Source: Vicinamibacterales bacterium
GTDB lineage: Bacteria; Acidobacteriota; Vicinamibacteria; Vicinamibacterales; JAMQPK01
Length of the DNA stretch: 64,000 nt
Direction: 5' to 3'
NCBI GenBank assembly: GCA_963821395.1
Contig: CAWGDY010000011.1
Span: 124,769-188,768, forward strand
In this document: in pieces, positions 10,220 through 20,873 of the stretch
Position numbering within the stretch: position 1 is the stretch's first letter
How the letters are laid out: each line of letters begins with the position of its first letter
Notes under the pieces: model-generated
The model's database searches: none
The model's input: the letters and a program-made list of their open reading frames with translations, nothing else
What the model was told of the DNA's origin: nothing
Program-made: the position numbers and the translations under genes

Positions 10220-11460
10220 TCAGTACGTGAAGTCGATCGTGCTGGTCGTCCCTGCCGCCACGCGCACCGTCTGCGTGGTCGTGCCGAAGCGTTCGTGCCA
10301 CGCCTGCACCGTGTAAGTGCCCTCCGGAACGTTGTCGATGGTGAACGTGCCAGCCGGATTGCTGACGGCGAAGTACGGGTGGCTGACCACTCCGACGAAC
10401 GACGTCATCCACCTGTGCACATCGCAGGTGACGCGCAACATGACCTCAGGTGTTTTCAGGTGCAGCTCCTGGACGAGGCCCGCCTTCGGCTGGCTGATGT
10501 TGAAGCCGTTGTCGCGTGCGGACTGCCCATGAACGTTATGGAGCACTTCGTCGCTGTTTCTGATTTGAATCCGCTGCCCGACGCGCGCCCCGACGACCCT
10601 GGGGACGTACATGCACGCACGCTGATCGATCGTCACCGCTTCAGACGGAATCGGTGAAGACGGGAAGTCGCCCTGCAGGCTGACGAAGACATTGGCCAGA
10701 CTGCCGTCTGAGGTCGCCGTCACGACCTCCTGCACGGGACGCTTGCCGGCGTTGAGCGTCGCGCACACCGGGTCCATTCCCATCCTGATGACCGCGTTGC
10801 CTGGCACAGCGCCCTTCACCCGAACGTGGCCCGTGATGACGCCGCCTTTGGCAGCAACGGGCGCAGGTGTTGCCGCTGCACTCGGGGTGGGGATGGCCGC
10901 CTCCACCTTCCACGCCGCGGCGCTCTCGGGCGGGTACCAGTAATGCCGGTGGCACGCTTCGCACGCGCCCTCGATTTTTTCGCCGGCGTCGAACAGCCCT
11001 TTCGCGCTCCTCGCGTTGGCCGCATTCAGGGCCGGGACGGCGGCATCCTGCAGACCATCGACCAGGCCGCCCCAGGTGGCGGGGTCGTCCGCAATCAGCT
11101 TCTGGATGGTTTCGGGATGGAGCTCGATGCGGGGGTTTTCGGACTTTTCTCCCGGCTTGGCGACGAGGCGGCCGGGAACGCGCAGCAGATTGGTCGCTTC
11201 CACCAGCTGGACGGCGCTCCGCTGAACGGCCAGCCATTCCTCATCGGTTCGCGGCTCCCGCTCTTCGGTGCCCGACAGGCTGACGATCGTCGCGACGGCG
11301 TTCCACAGGACGTCGGCCTCCGGATCGACGATCGAGAGCATGATGTCTTTGACCGTTGCGGTCGGCCTGAACTTGGCTCCGGTTTGGGTTCCTCGCGCGA
11401 GCAGCTGACGGCTGATATCGACGTGATGCCCACGACCAGCACGGACAGTAAGCGACGCAT
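10220..11460 (-). CDS. Lipoprotein: cytochrome c'-like domain + cupredoxin-like domain + carboxypeptidase-regulatory-like domain (frameshift near 11350-11370)
   Basis: Lipobox AVSC in ORF 11095-11460. ORF 10220-11341 has a helical domain ending in CEACH, then HNVH...CDVHRWM and GTFTIDNVPEGTYTVQAWHE. Confidence 0.75.
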
Positions 11461-11499
11461 GTCAGGGGAGTCTCTGCCGCGCGAGCAGAGGATGTCAAG

Positions 11500-11636
11500 T
11501 TAGGTGCGTTAGGTGCGTTGGATGCGAGAGGTGCGAGAGGTGCGAGAGGTGCGAGAGGTGCGAGAGGTGCGAGAACCCGCACCCGTCGCACCTGACGCAC
11601 CCAACGCACCCAACGCACCTAGCGTGTCGCACCTAG
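11500..11636. repeat. Inverted pair of 9-mer tandem arrays ((ag/tt)aggtgcg)n ... (cgcacc-NNN)n
   Basis: Left arm ttaggtgcg x2, ttggatgcg, agaggtgcg x5; right arm cgcacccgt, cgcacctga, cgcacccaa x2, cgcacctag. The right end overlaps the TonB receptor stop codon. Confidence 0.9.
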
Positions 11637-14600
11637 AAGGTGACTCTGGCTCCGATCTGTATGTCGCGCGGCTTCATGACGGTGCTCGAATCGATGTTGT
11701 TGAGTTTCATGAAGTTCGCGTTATTCGGCGTCAACACCATGTTGCCGACACCGAAGAGCGTGTAGTTGGTCGCGTTCAGCGCCTCGATGCGCACCTGCAC
11801 GCGAACCCGGTCGCCCACGGCGAAGTTCTTCGTCACGCCGAGATCGAGGAGGTGGTGTTCCATGAACCGGACGTCCGGCAGCGTCGTCGGGAACTTGCGC
11901 AGGTTCGCCTGGCCGAGCTGGATTTCAGTCGCCGTGAACGTCACCGGCTGCCCGGCTGCGTTGCGGAACGCCTGGCCGTTCATGGTGTAGAAGCAGCTGA
12001 TGTCGATGATCGGAATGTCGACGCCATGGATCTGATTGCCCGAGCCGCCCCACTGCGATTTCAGCTGCTTGGGATCGCCGCATTGCGGGTCATAGTAGGT
12101 GTTCTGGTTGAACACCAGCGGCGAGCCGCTCTGCCATTCGTACTTCGTGCTGAACTGCCACCCGCCGAGGATGGCGTCCGTGACGGCATTCCATCCGTCG
12201 CCGTAGCGGCGTCCGTGCCCGAAGGGCAGCTCGGCCACGCTGGCGAGCGTGATGCGATGCGGCCGGTCGGTCGCACCGATACGATCTTCGAGCTCGTCCC
12301 ACGGATTGAGCGGGGCCACTTGTTCCGTGAGGTGCGACCACGTGTAGGACGTCATCAGCATCAGGCCGTTGGTGAAGCGCTTGTCGAGCCTGAAAATCGC
12401 GCCGTTGTACATGTTCGAGCCGCGCGCCGTTTCCATGCAGAACGTCGTGGCTGTGCCTGTCGCGCAAGGGGCGCCCGACGTCTCGAACTGCGGATAGGCA
12501 TAGAGCAGACGGCGACGCGCGATCGTGGCGCCATTGGTCGCGGGCGAGTCGGGTGTCAGCCCTTGGAATGGATTCGAGACGGTTTGTGTCAGGAATGTTT
12601 CCGCGTCGTTGTCGCGAATCAGGCTCTGCGTGCGGTACTGCTGGGGCACGAAGTTCAGCGGCTCGAGAATCGCCTGATTCGAGCCGTGCTGGCCGATGTA
12701 GGACACCTCGAACAGCATTTCCCAGGGCAGCTGCCGCTCGACGCCGATACTGAATCGCCAGAATTCAGGGTTCACGCGATCGGCATTCCAGATGTTGCCT
12801 GGCGCGTTTCCGAGATTGGTCGAGAGACCCTGTGACGATCCCACCGGTTGTACGAGCTGGCCGCTCGGAACCGGATTGCTCAGGTTGGCCTGGAACGTCA
12901 AGCCCTGGTCGCTCGTCACGGGCACCGGCGTGTTGCGCGAGTACCCGATCTGATTGATGCCTGAGATGAGTCCCGGCACGCCCTGCAGCTGGAAGGGCGC
13001 GATGAATTTGCCGGTGCCACCACGCAGGACGGTCCGGTCGTCGATCTTGAACGAGAAGCCCGCTCGAGGCTGGAAGTTGCTCAAGTCCGCGTTCCATGCG
13101 TGAGACTGATCGCCAGACAGATACGTGTACCCGCCCAGCACGCGGAACTGGCTGGCCGGCCCCGGCACGCCCGCCGGCGGACTGGCCGCGAAGCGCGCCT
13201 GCGCCGCCGCCTCAATCGGATTCGTCGTCGTCAGATCGAACGGCCCGATGTTGCGATTGTCGCTCTCGGTCATGCCGAGCTCGAGGTCGTAGCGCACACC
13301 GAGATTGAGCGTCAGCCGGTCGCTTACGCGCCAGTCGTCGTGCACGAAGAACCCATGGCTGATGACCGTCGTGTCGTATTCGGGACGGAGCTCGATGAAG
13401 GACGTGGTATTGGGCAGGCCGAGCAGGAACGACGCGATCCCCTGACCGTACTGAGCAGTGGCCGCAGCCGTCGCGCGTGTATACGAGCTGTCGAAGGCGT
13501 ACGCGCCGCCGCGCCAGCCCAGGTTGGTCTCCTTCTGCCGCAGGCTCCGCCAGTCGTAGCCGAACTTCATCGTGTGGCCGCCCGTCGTCTTGGTGACGGT
13601 GGCCGCGAACTGCACGTTGTAGAACGGCTGCGTGCGTCCGTTGTTGAAGCCGCTCTGCTGCGCGCCGAGCGTGGCGACGCGGCCCGCGGTCGTCGCGTTC
13701 GACGACTCGATGCTGTAGCGGGGCAGCTGCTCGAAGTCGCCGAACAGCCCGAGCGTGGAAGGGGAGTAGCCGAGGGTGGCGAGGTCGAGATTGTAGAGAG
13801 GGAACAGGTCGTCGTTGAACCGCAGCCAGCTGGCTTTCAGGTCGAGCACCATGCTCTGCGAGAGAACCGCCGTGTGGCCACCTGCCCAATTGTAGTTGAA
13901 GCGGTCAGTCGATCCGCGGGTGATTTCCACGCCGTTCACCGCGCCGGCGAAGTTGAAGCGTTCCTCGCGTCGGAAGTTACGAAGGAATCGCCCGTAGGTC
14001 TTCTGCGACGACTGTCCACTGGTGATCGATCCGCGTCATCGCGAAGTTGTACGCGTATGTCCACGGCTGTTCGATGAAGAAGTTCGACGAGAGGTCTGCT
14101 GCTGGCGTAGCGTTGGGCGCAGGAAAGTAGCTTCAGGATGTTTGCCGCGATCGGGTTGATGCGATTGGCCGGAATGACGTTGCCGGGAAATGGCTGGCGT
14201 GTCACGACGCCGTTGACCAGCTGGGCGGTAGCTGGATCGTAGATCTGTACGCCAAGCGGCAGCAGTTCCCCGAAATCGCCCGACCGCATGCGCGAGGTCG
14301 GAACCGAGGTCGTCAGCGCCTCGACCGTGTCGTCCTGGAGCTTCTCGTACGAGAACATGAAGAACGTCTTGTTCTTGAAGATGGGCCCCGAGACCATACC
14401 GCTGAAGCGGTTGTAGTCGCGCGGCTGCTTGCTCGTGCCCAGGCGATTGGACGCGAAGAGGCTGGCCGATCGCGAGTCGTCACGGTTGTAGAACGACAGG
14501 GCGCCATGGAGCGAGTTGGTGCCGCTCTTGAGCGCCAGGTTCACGCTGCCGGCGCCGGTATGCCCGATCTGGGCGTCGTAGCCGGCGGTCTCGACCTTGA

Positions 14601-15267
14601 ACTCCTCAATGGCGTCGGAGGGCGGCTGGATGCCGACGCGAGCCTGCGAGACGACGTTGCTCGAACCGTCAATCGTGAACTCGCTGTTCAGCGTGCCGGT
14701 GACGGCCGCGCCGCGCAGGTTGTCGTTGTCCATGGGCCGCTGCAGGGCGTACGAGCGCTCGAACGTGGCGCCGGCGACCAGTCGTGTCAGCCCGTAGGCC
14801 GTGCCGTCGCCCAGCGGGATCTCGCTGATGAGCTTGCTGTCGATCACCTGGCCCATCGAGGCCGTGCTCGTCTCGAGCTGCACCGTGTCGGCCACGACCG
14901 ACACCTGCTCTGTCACGCCCGCCGGCTGCAACGTGATGTCGAGCTGCAGACGCTCGCCGACGCGGACCTGCACGGTGGGATGATCCTTGGTCTGAAACCC
15001 GCTGAGCTCCGCCGTCACGCGGTACGACCCGGGCAGCAGGAACAGCGCTGCATATTGACCGGTGTCGTTGGTCACCAGCGACGTGGTGCTGTTGGTGCCG
15101 TTGTTGACGACCGTCACCGTGACGCCGGGCAGGGCGCCGCCGGATGAATCCACGATCAGGCCGGCGATCGATCCGCGCGACTCCTGCGCGATCGCCGTCG
15201 AGCCATACAGAGCCACCGCACAGACGACGCCCGCAATGCCAAGCCAATGCCGGATTGTTCCTGTCAT
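11633..15267 (-). CDS. TonB-dependent receptor with N-terminal carboxypeptidase-regulatory-like domain (Oar-like); frameshifts near 14130 and 14010
   Basis: DSSGGALPGVTVT N-domain, AIEEFKVET plug, DDWRVSDRLTLNLGVRYD, C-terminal PRDIQIGARVTF. Split between ORFs 13936-15267 and 11633-13939. Confidence 0.85.
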
Positions 15268-15283
15268 GTTGGTACCTCCCTAC

Positions 15284-16888
15284 TCATTTGCTCATCGACG
15301 GATCGATCGCGCGAATCAGCACGCTCATGTTCCGAATGAACGCCTCGATGGAAATCCCCGTCAGCGTCTTGTCCGGATACGGCGAGGTATCGGATTCATC
15401 GCCGACGTGTGTCGTTCCGTAGCTGCCCGGCGCCACATTCGTCGAACCGTCGCCCTTGTAGGGGTGGCTGTTGTATCCCAGCGGTGCAAGCCAGTACCCC
15501 TCCTTGTTGAGCGAGGCGATCGAACTGGCCGCTGTGACGCCCGGCGCCGGCATCAGCGCGAAGTACTTCGGCAGCGGCAGCACGCCGTGCCCGGCCACGA
15601 GCGGCGACCCCTTGGTCGCCTGTTCCGGCGTCATCGCGCGGGCGTCGGCGTAGAGCTTTCGCAGCGCCGCGATGTTGATCGGCCGGAAGGAGCTGTAGTG
15701 GCCCAGCGTATCCTTCGGATTGCTGTCCCAGTAGTAGCGGCCGTTGACGACGTTCGAACCTTCACGGTGGATGTACAACGGCTTGTTGGTGCCCACCTCG
15801 ATGAAGGTGGCGTGCGTGCGGCCGGCCGGCGCCACGCCCTGCGGCAGCGCGATCGATTCCAGCCAGTCGATGGCTTCCGGTACGCGCGCCAGAAATTTCG
15901 TGTCGCCCGTGAGCCGGTAGAACTGCACCATCAGCTCGAGGTTGCGCGCGGTGGTGTGCGTCGCCAGCGATCGCGGTTCGTAGGTGCGGGCCTGCACCGG
16001 CTTCAGATCGAGCGTGTACTGCAGCGACCAGCCGGGCTGCGGCGGCCCCTGCTGGGTAACGATGAACGCGTTCATGCCGCGAAGGATCGGATCGAGCAGC
16101 CTCGCATCGCCGAGCGTCTGGTAGCACATCACCAGAAAATCGATGTTCTCGCCCGCGACATCGTCGTTGAACGTCGGATACGCGGTGTAGTCGGGAAGGC
16201 CGCGCGTCGAATGCTCGGCGACGCGTGGATACCGTTGAGGCCACGCGCCGATCGGATACTGGCTGTCGAGCACGAATTGGATGGCCTTGTCGAGAGACGG
16301 CCGGTATTTCGGATCGCGCTTCTCGAGATACAGGCGCAGCAGGAATTTCGCCGACTCGGCGGTGCCGGCATCGTCGAACGTGGCGTTGCCCCAGTAGTGC
16401 TGAAACTCCTCGAGACGCCAGCCGTTTTTTCCGACCGTCTCGTACCACTCCTTGAGCGACCGCTCGCCGGCGAAGTCGGCGACGTAATTCCACCCTCCGG
16501 CTGGATGCTGGGCCCAGATGAGCGCACCGGCGACCTGCTCGGCCGCTTGAAAGTAGAAGTTGTCGCCGGTCGCGTGGTACGCGTCCAGATACAGATGACC
16601 CACGGTGGCGGTGCCCGGCGGCTGGATCCAGATCATCGTCTCGCGGGCTTCCATCTCTCCCCACCGCCGGGACAAGTCCGGCAGGTAGTTCCAGACGTAG
16701 CCACCCTTGTACGCGAGCTTCTCCGTCATGAAGGTGGTGGCGCGCTTCATCGTGGCCATCACTTCGTCGCGCGCCTCGCGGGGTGGCGCCTGCGCCATGG
16801 CACCCGCGCCAGAAAGCGCGAGCGCCGTCAGCACTGCGGCGAGCCGGATCCGTCTGGCGTTCTGATGGATCATCGTTTCTTCCTTCAT
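15284..16888 (-). CDS. pelA: Pectate lyase, polysaccharide lyase family 10
   Basis: Signal peptide; ATFDDAGT, GAWPQRYP, TFNDD, WSLQY and ARTYEP motifs typical of PL10. Confidence 0.8.
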   Translation of the reverse strand: MKEETMIHQNARRIRLAAVLTALALSGAGAMAQAPPREARDEVMATMKRATTFMTEKLAYKGGYVWNYLPDLSRRWGEMEARETMIWIQPPGTATVGHLYLDAYHATGDNFYFQAAEQVAGALIWAQHPAGGWNYVADFAGERSLKEWYETVGKNGWRLEEFQHYWGNATFDDAGTAESAKFLLRLYLEKRDPKYRPSLDKAIQFVLDSQYPIGAWPQRYPRVAEHSTRGLPDYTAYPTFNDDVAGENIDFLVMCYQTLGDARLLDPILRGMNAFIVTQQGPPQPGWSLQYTLDLKPVQARTYEPRSLATHTTARNLELMVQFYRLTGDTKFLARVPEAIDWLESIALPQGVAPAGRTHATFIEVGTNKPLYIHREGSNVVNGRYYWDSNPKDTLGHYSSFRPINIAALRKLYADARAMTPEQATKGSPLVAGHGVLPLPKYFALMPAPGVTAASSIASLNKEGYWLAPLGYNSHPYKGDGSTNVAPGSYGTTHVGDESDTSPYPDKTLTGISIEAFIRNMSVLIRAIDPSMSK

Positions 16889-18098
16889 GCCACTCCGCGC
16901 ACGGCGTACGCCGGGGCCACGACCAGCGCAGCCGCTCCTCGCAAACGCGGAAACTCCGTCGCTGTGACAGGACGCACATCGGTCGCCGCCGCGGACGCCG
17001 TCAGCGCGCGCTCGGCCATCGCGGACCGCACGGTCGTTTCAATCAGGTCCCACGCCCGCGTAATTTCACCGCCGATGTACACGCAGGCGGGATCGAACGT
17101 ATTGACGACCGCCGCGAGCCCGAGCCCGAGATATCGCGCCGTCGATTCAATGGCGCCGACGGCTTTGGCGTCTCTCCCCGCGCGCGCGCGATCAGGTCGT
17201 CGATGGTGAACTGCGGGCCTTCGGCCGACGCGAGCGCATCGTGGCTGAGCGGTTGACCGAAGTAACGGGCGAGCGTCGCACGATTCGAGATGTAGGCTTC
17301 CCAGCAGCCATTCGAGCCGCACGAGCAGCGGGGGCCGTCGAGCGAGAGCGGGACGTGTCCGAACTCGCCGGCCACGTTGTTGCGTCCCCGCAGCAACTCG
17401 CCGTGAATCATGACGCCCACACCCACGCCGTCGGAAACCGAGACGAACACGACGTCGCGCATGGCGCCGGTGGATTCGCGCACGGCCCACGCCTGGGCCA
17501 GAGCACAGGCACGCCCGGAGTTCTCGATCTGCACGGGCAGACCGGTGGCGGCGGCGAGCGGCCCTCGCAGGTCGACGTCCTTCCAGCCCAGCGTCGGCGC
17601 ATGGATCACGCGCATCGTCGAGTGTTCGACCATGCCGGGCACGACGACGCCCACGCCTTCGCAGGCGTCGACCTCGCGATTCTCGACGAGCATCCGCTTG
17701 ATGCGCTCGGCCATGGCCGTCGCCAGCTCGGCCGGATCGCGCAGGGTCGGCATGCGAATCACTTCCGTCGTGGGATTGCCACGCAGATCGGCGAGCATCA
17801 GAAACGTCTCGCTGGCCCTGATGTCGGCGGCGACCACCGCCCGCCGCCGGGAATCGATATAAAGGAAGGTAGGCTTGCGGCCGCGAACCGTCTGTCCCGT
17901 CGCGCCCTCGAAAATCACGCCGTCGGTGATGAGGTCGTTGACGATGCGCGAGATCGCGCCGCGGCGCACGTTCATCATGCGGGCCAGGTCGGCGCGGGAA
18001 ATGGGTTGCTGTGCGCGGACCAGGTTCAGCACAATGCTGCGGTTGATCTCGCGCGAGGTACCCCGCGTGGCGACGCGAAAATGAGCTGCGCCTTTCAT
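16885..18098 (-). CDS. ROK family transcriptional repressor (XylR/NagC-like; frameshift near 17175)
   Basis: N-terminal HTH (ISRADLAR...GRKP), AGEFGH and CSCGSNGCWE; the C-terminus continues in ORF 16885-17490. Confidence 0.85.
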
Positions 18099-18242
18099 TG
18101 AACCATTAAGGGACTAAATCGCCAAAATGAACGGCCCGCAGGAGAGCCAGAACGAAACAAGCCCGTTAATAACGGTGTTTAATTTGTCTCAGTTGAGGAC
18201 TATATACGCCCCTCGAGGCCCAGGTGTCAAGTGAACTCCCGA

Positions 18243-18265
18243 GCGGGGCTGAAGCCCCGCCCTAC
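18243..18265 (-). repeat. GTAG-type REP palindrome
   Basis: Reverse strand reads gtagggcggggcttcagccccgc. Confidence 0.75.
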
Positions 18266-18295
18266 GAGGTGGTGCGCGTATGCTAGGTGAGGTTG

Positions 18296-18472
18296 ATGGA
18301 CGCTGAGCGCTGGGCGCGGGTCAAGGAACTCTTCCACGCCGCGCTCGAGCGCGATCCCACCCAGCGCGATGCCTTCCTGGCCGAGGCCTGCCGTGACGAC
18401 GCCGATCCCCAGGGGCTTCGCACGGAGCTCACCGAAGCCCGCCGCGCCGTGGCGCGCCTTCGAGGGAACTGA
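18296..18472 (+). CDS. 58-aa mini-protein or pseudogene: N-terminal helical module fused to the C-terminal helix of the ECF-associated Ser/Thr kinases
   Basis: [29 protein letters not shown] matches the kinase N-termini (DWARVKEIFHGALERE). [23 protein letters not shown] matches the kinase C-termini ([21 protein letters not shown]). Confidence 0.7.
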   Translation: MDAERWARVKELFHAALERDPTQRDAFLAEACRDDADPQGLRTELTEARRAVARLRGN

Positions 18473-18485
18473 GAATAGAGATTCG

Positions 18486-20456
18486 ATGTCATCCAATCCA
18501 TTCGACTCAGACGATGCTGCGTTGTTCGAGATCTCCACGCGCGCTCGCGGACCAGCGGGCGTCCTGCCCTTGACGGCCGAAATGCTGCGAGAGCGCCCCT
18601 CGGGCGATTTGTTCGGATGGACGCAGAACGCCGGCATGGGTTGGAATCCCGCCGCGCTCGGCGGCAACGAGTTCCTGATGCTCTCGACCCATGGTGGCAT
18701 CCGTGCTGCCGATGGAACGCCCGTCGCGCTCGGGTATCACACCGGACATTGGGAGGTGGGCCTGCTGCTCGAGGCCGCTGCGGCGGTTTTCAAGAGCGCC
18801 GGGGCGATTCCGTTTGCGGCGGCCTGTACCGATCCATGCGACGGGCGATCGCAGGGCACGACGGCGATGTTCGACAGCTTGCCGTTTCGCAACGACGCCG
18901 CGACGGTGTTTCGGCGCCTCATCCGATCGCTTCCGACTCGGCGCGGTGTGCTCGGCGTGGCGACCTGCGACAAGGGGCTGCCGGCCATGATGATGGCCCT
19001 CGCGGCGACCCACGATCTTCCGGTGGTGCTCGTGCCTGGTGGTGTCACGTTGCTTCCCGAAGAAGGCGAAGACGCCGGCAAGATTCAGACAATCGGCGTC
19101 CGGTTCGTGCACGGATCCATCACGCTCGAAGAAGCGGCCGATCTGGGATGCCGGGCCTGCGCCTCGCCGGGCGGCGGCTGCCAGTTTCTCGGAACCGCGG
19201 CGACCGCGCAGGTGGTGGGAGAGGCGCTCGGATTGTCGCTGGGACACTCGGCGCTTGCGCCGTCCGGTCATCCGATCTGGATCGACATGGCGCGGCGATC
19301 GGCGACGGCGCTCATGAATCTCGAGGCCCGGCATATCACGGCCTCCGACATCGTGTCCGACGCCGCGGTGCGCAACGCGCTCGTCGTGTTTGCCGCGTTC
19401 GGCGGATCGACGAATCTCATTCTGCACCTTCCGGCTATCGCCCACGCGGCCGGCCTTACGCGGCCGACGGCCGAAGACTGGGCCGCCGTGAACAAGCAGG
19501 TGCCGCGACTGGTCGACGCGCTGCCGAACGGCCCACGCAATCACCCGACCGTGCAGGTCTTCATGGCCGGCGGCGTGCCGGAGGTGATGCTGCACCTGCG
19601 CCGCCTGGGATTGCTGGAGACACGCGTCACCACGGCTGGCGGGGACTCGCTCGATGCTCAACTGGATGCGTGGGAATCGTCGGAGAGACGGACGCGTCTG
19701 CGGGACCAGCTCAGAAAGGAAGGCGTCGACCCCGACGACGTGATCGTCTCGCCCGAACACGCACGCACCCGCGGCCTGACGTCCACCGTCTGCTTTCCGA
19801 AAGGCAACATCGGGCCGGACGGCGCCGTCATCAAGAGCACCGCGATCGATGCGTCGGTCGTCGATGGCGACGGCGTGTATCGGATGACCGGTCCGGCGAA
19901 GGTGTTTCTGTCCGAGCGGGCGGCTATGGACGCGATCAAGGCCAAGCGTGTGAAGCCCGGCGACGTGATTGTGTTGATTTGCCGCGGGCCGATGGGCGCC
20001 GGCATGGAAGAGACCTATCAGATTACGAGCGCGCTGCGCCACCTGCCGTTCGGCAAACACGTGGCCGTGATTACCGACGCCAGGTTCAGCGGCGTGTCCA
20101 CCGGTGCGTGCATCGGGCACGTATCGCCGGAGGCGCTGGCGGGCGGCCCGGTCGGCAAGCTGCGCGATGGCGACGTCATCGAGATCGTGATCAACCGGGC
20201 AACGCTCGAAGGTACCGTCAACCTGATCGGCGAGAACTTCGTCGGGCAGAGTGCCTCCGACGGATCGAGAATCCTCGAGGCGCGCGACGTGCGGTCCGAT
20301 CTCGCCGCCGACGCGGCGCTTCCGGACGACACGCGTATCTGGGCCGCGCTTCAGGATGCGAGCGGGGGCACGTGGGGCGGCGCCGTCTACGACGCCGAAT
20401 CGATCGTGCGCACCCTCGCGGCCGGCAAGGCCGCCCTCTCCAAATCCAAAAACTAG
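18486..20456 (+). CDS. yjhG: YjhG/YagF family D-xylonate dehydratase (IlvD/Edd superfamily)
   Basis: [41 protein letters not shown] and [16 protein letters not shown] motifs. Confidence 0.9.
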   Translation: MSSNPFDSDDAALFEISTRARGPAGVLPLTAEMLRERPSGDLFGWTQNAGMGWNPAALGGNEFLMLSTHGGIRAADGTPVALGYHTGHWEVGLLLEAAAAVFKSAGAIPFAAACTDPCDGRSQGTTAMFDSLPFRNDAATVFRRLIRSLPTRRGVLGVATCDKGLPAMMMALAATHDLPVVLVPGGVTLLPEEGEDAGKIQTIGVRFVHGSITLEEAADLGCRACASPGGGCQFLGTAATAQVVGEALGLSLGHSALAPSGHPIWIDMARRSATALMNLEARHITASDIVSDAAVRNALVVFAAFGGSTNLILHLPAIAHAAGLTRPTAEDWAAVNKQVPRLVDALPNGPRNHPTVQVFMAGGVPEVMLHLRRLGLLETRVTTAGGDSLDAQLDAWESSERRTRLRDQLRKEGVDPDDVIVSPEHARTRGLTSTVCFPKGNIGPDGAVIKSTAIDASVVDGDGVYRMTGPAKVFLSERAAMDAIKAKRVKPGDVIVLICRGPMGAGMEETYQITSALRHLPFGKHVAVITDARFSGVSTGACIGHVSPEALAGGPVGKLRDGDVIEIVINRATLEGTVNLIGENFVGQSASDGSRILEARDVRSDLAADAALPDDTRIWAALQDASGGTWGGAVYDAESIVRTLAAGKAALSKSKN

Positions 20457-20581
20457 GGACTACTAGGGATTAGGGATTGGGGATTGGCAGAAAATGCCGT
20501 ACAGCCGGCGAACCGACAAAGCAGAAAATTCCCACGCCACGTACCGCTGAACGAAACTGTTCAACTTCGCGTGCATCCAGT

Positions 20582-20597
20582 TGGCATGATGGGTGCT
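20582..20597 (+). promoter_or_regulatory. Putative sigma54 (-24/-12) promoter
   Basis: TGGCAT-GATGG-GTGCT; the ATG at 20609 falls near the expected +1. Confidence 0.5.
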
Positions 20598-20608
20598 CTA
20601 CCTACTGC

Positions 20609-20806
20609 ATGGAAGACAACGAAAAGGAATCTTCAGACAACCTCGACGCACGGTTTGCCGAGATACAGCAACTGATCCTCAGTGAAGGCGAACGGACCCG
20701 CAAGCAGATGGACGCCATCAAACTGGTGCTCACCGAGGTGCGTGGACTAGCGACGAAGGTAGACCGTCTAACGCGACCGCGCGGCCGAGGGCATCCGAAC
20801 CTCTGA
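20609..20806 (+). CDS. Small coiled-coil-like hypothetical protein (65 aa)
   Basis: MEDNEKESSDNLDARFAEIQQLILSEGERTRKQMDAIKLVLTEVRGLATKVDRL... shows a heptad pattern and follows a sigma54-like site. Confidence 0.55.
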   Translation: MEDNEKESSDNLDARFAEIQQLILSEGERTRKQMDAIKLVLTEVRGLATKVDRLTRPRGRGHPNL

Positions 20807-20873
20807 TCAGCGCCCAACCCCTAATCCCTAATCCCTAATCCCTAGTTTTCGTACCGCAATCGACGTGGTGACG

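Larger units (their letters stand above)
20462..20846. repeat. Cassette bounded by inverted heptamer arrays (gggatta)n / (taatccc)n, enclosing a small ORF
   Basis: Left actagggattagggattggggattggc (20462-20488); right gcccaacccctaatccctaatccctaatccctagt (20812-20846). The outer 17 nt form a perfect inverted repeat. Confidence 0.85.

Noticed and set aside
11500-11636. CRISPR array
   Set aside because: Units are 9 bp and contiguous, with no unique spacers and no cas genes.
11513-12835. Plus-strand 440-aa ORF starting REVREVREV
   Set aside because: It is the antisense shadow of the TonB receptor plus translation of the 9-mer array.
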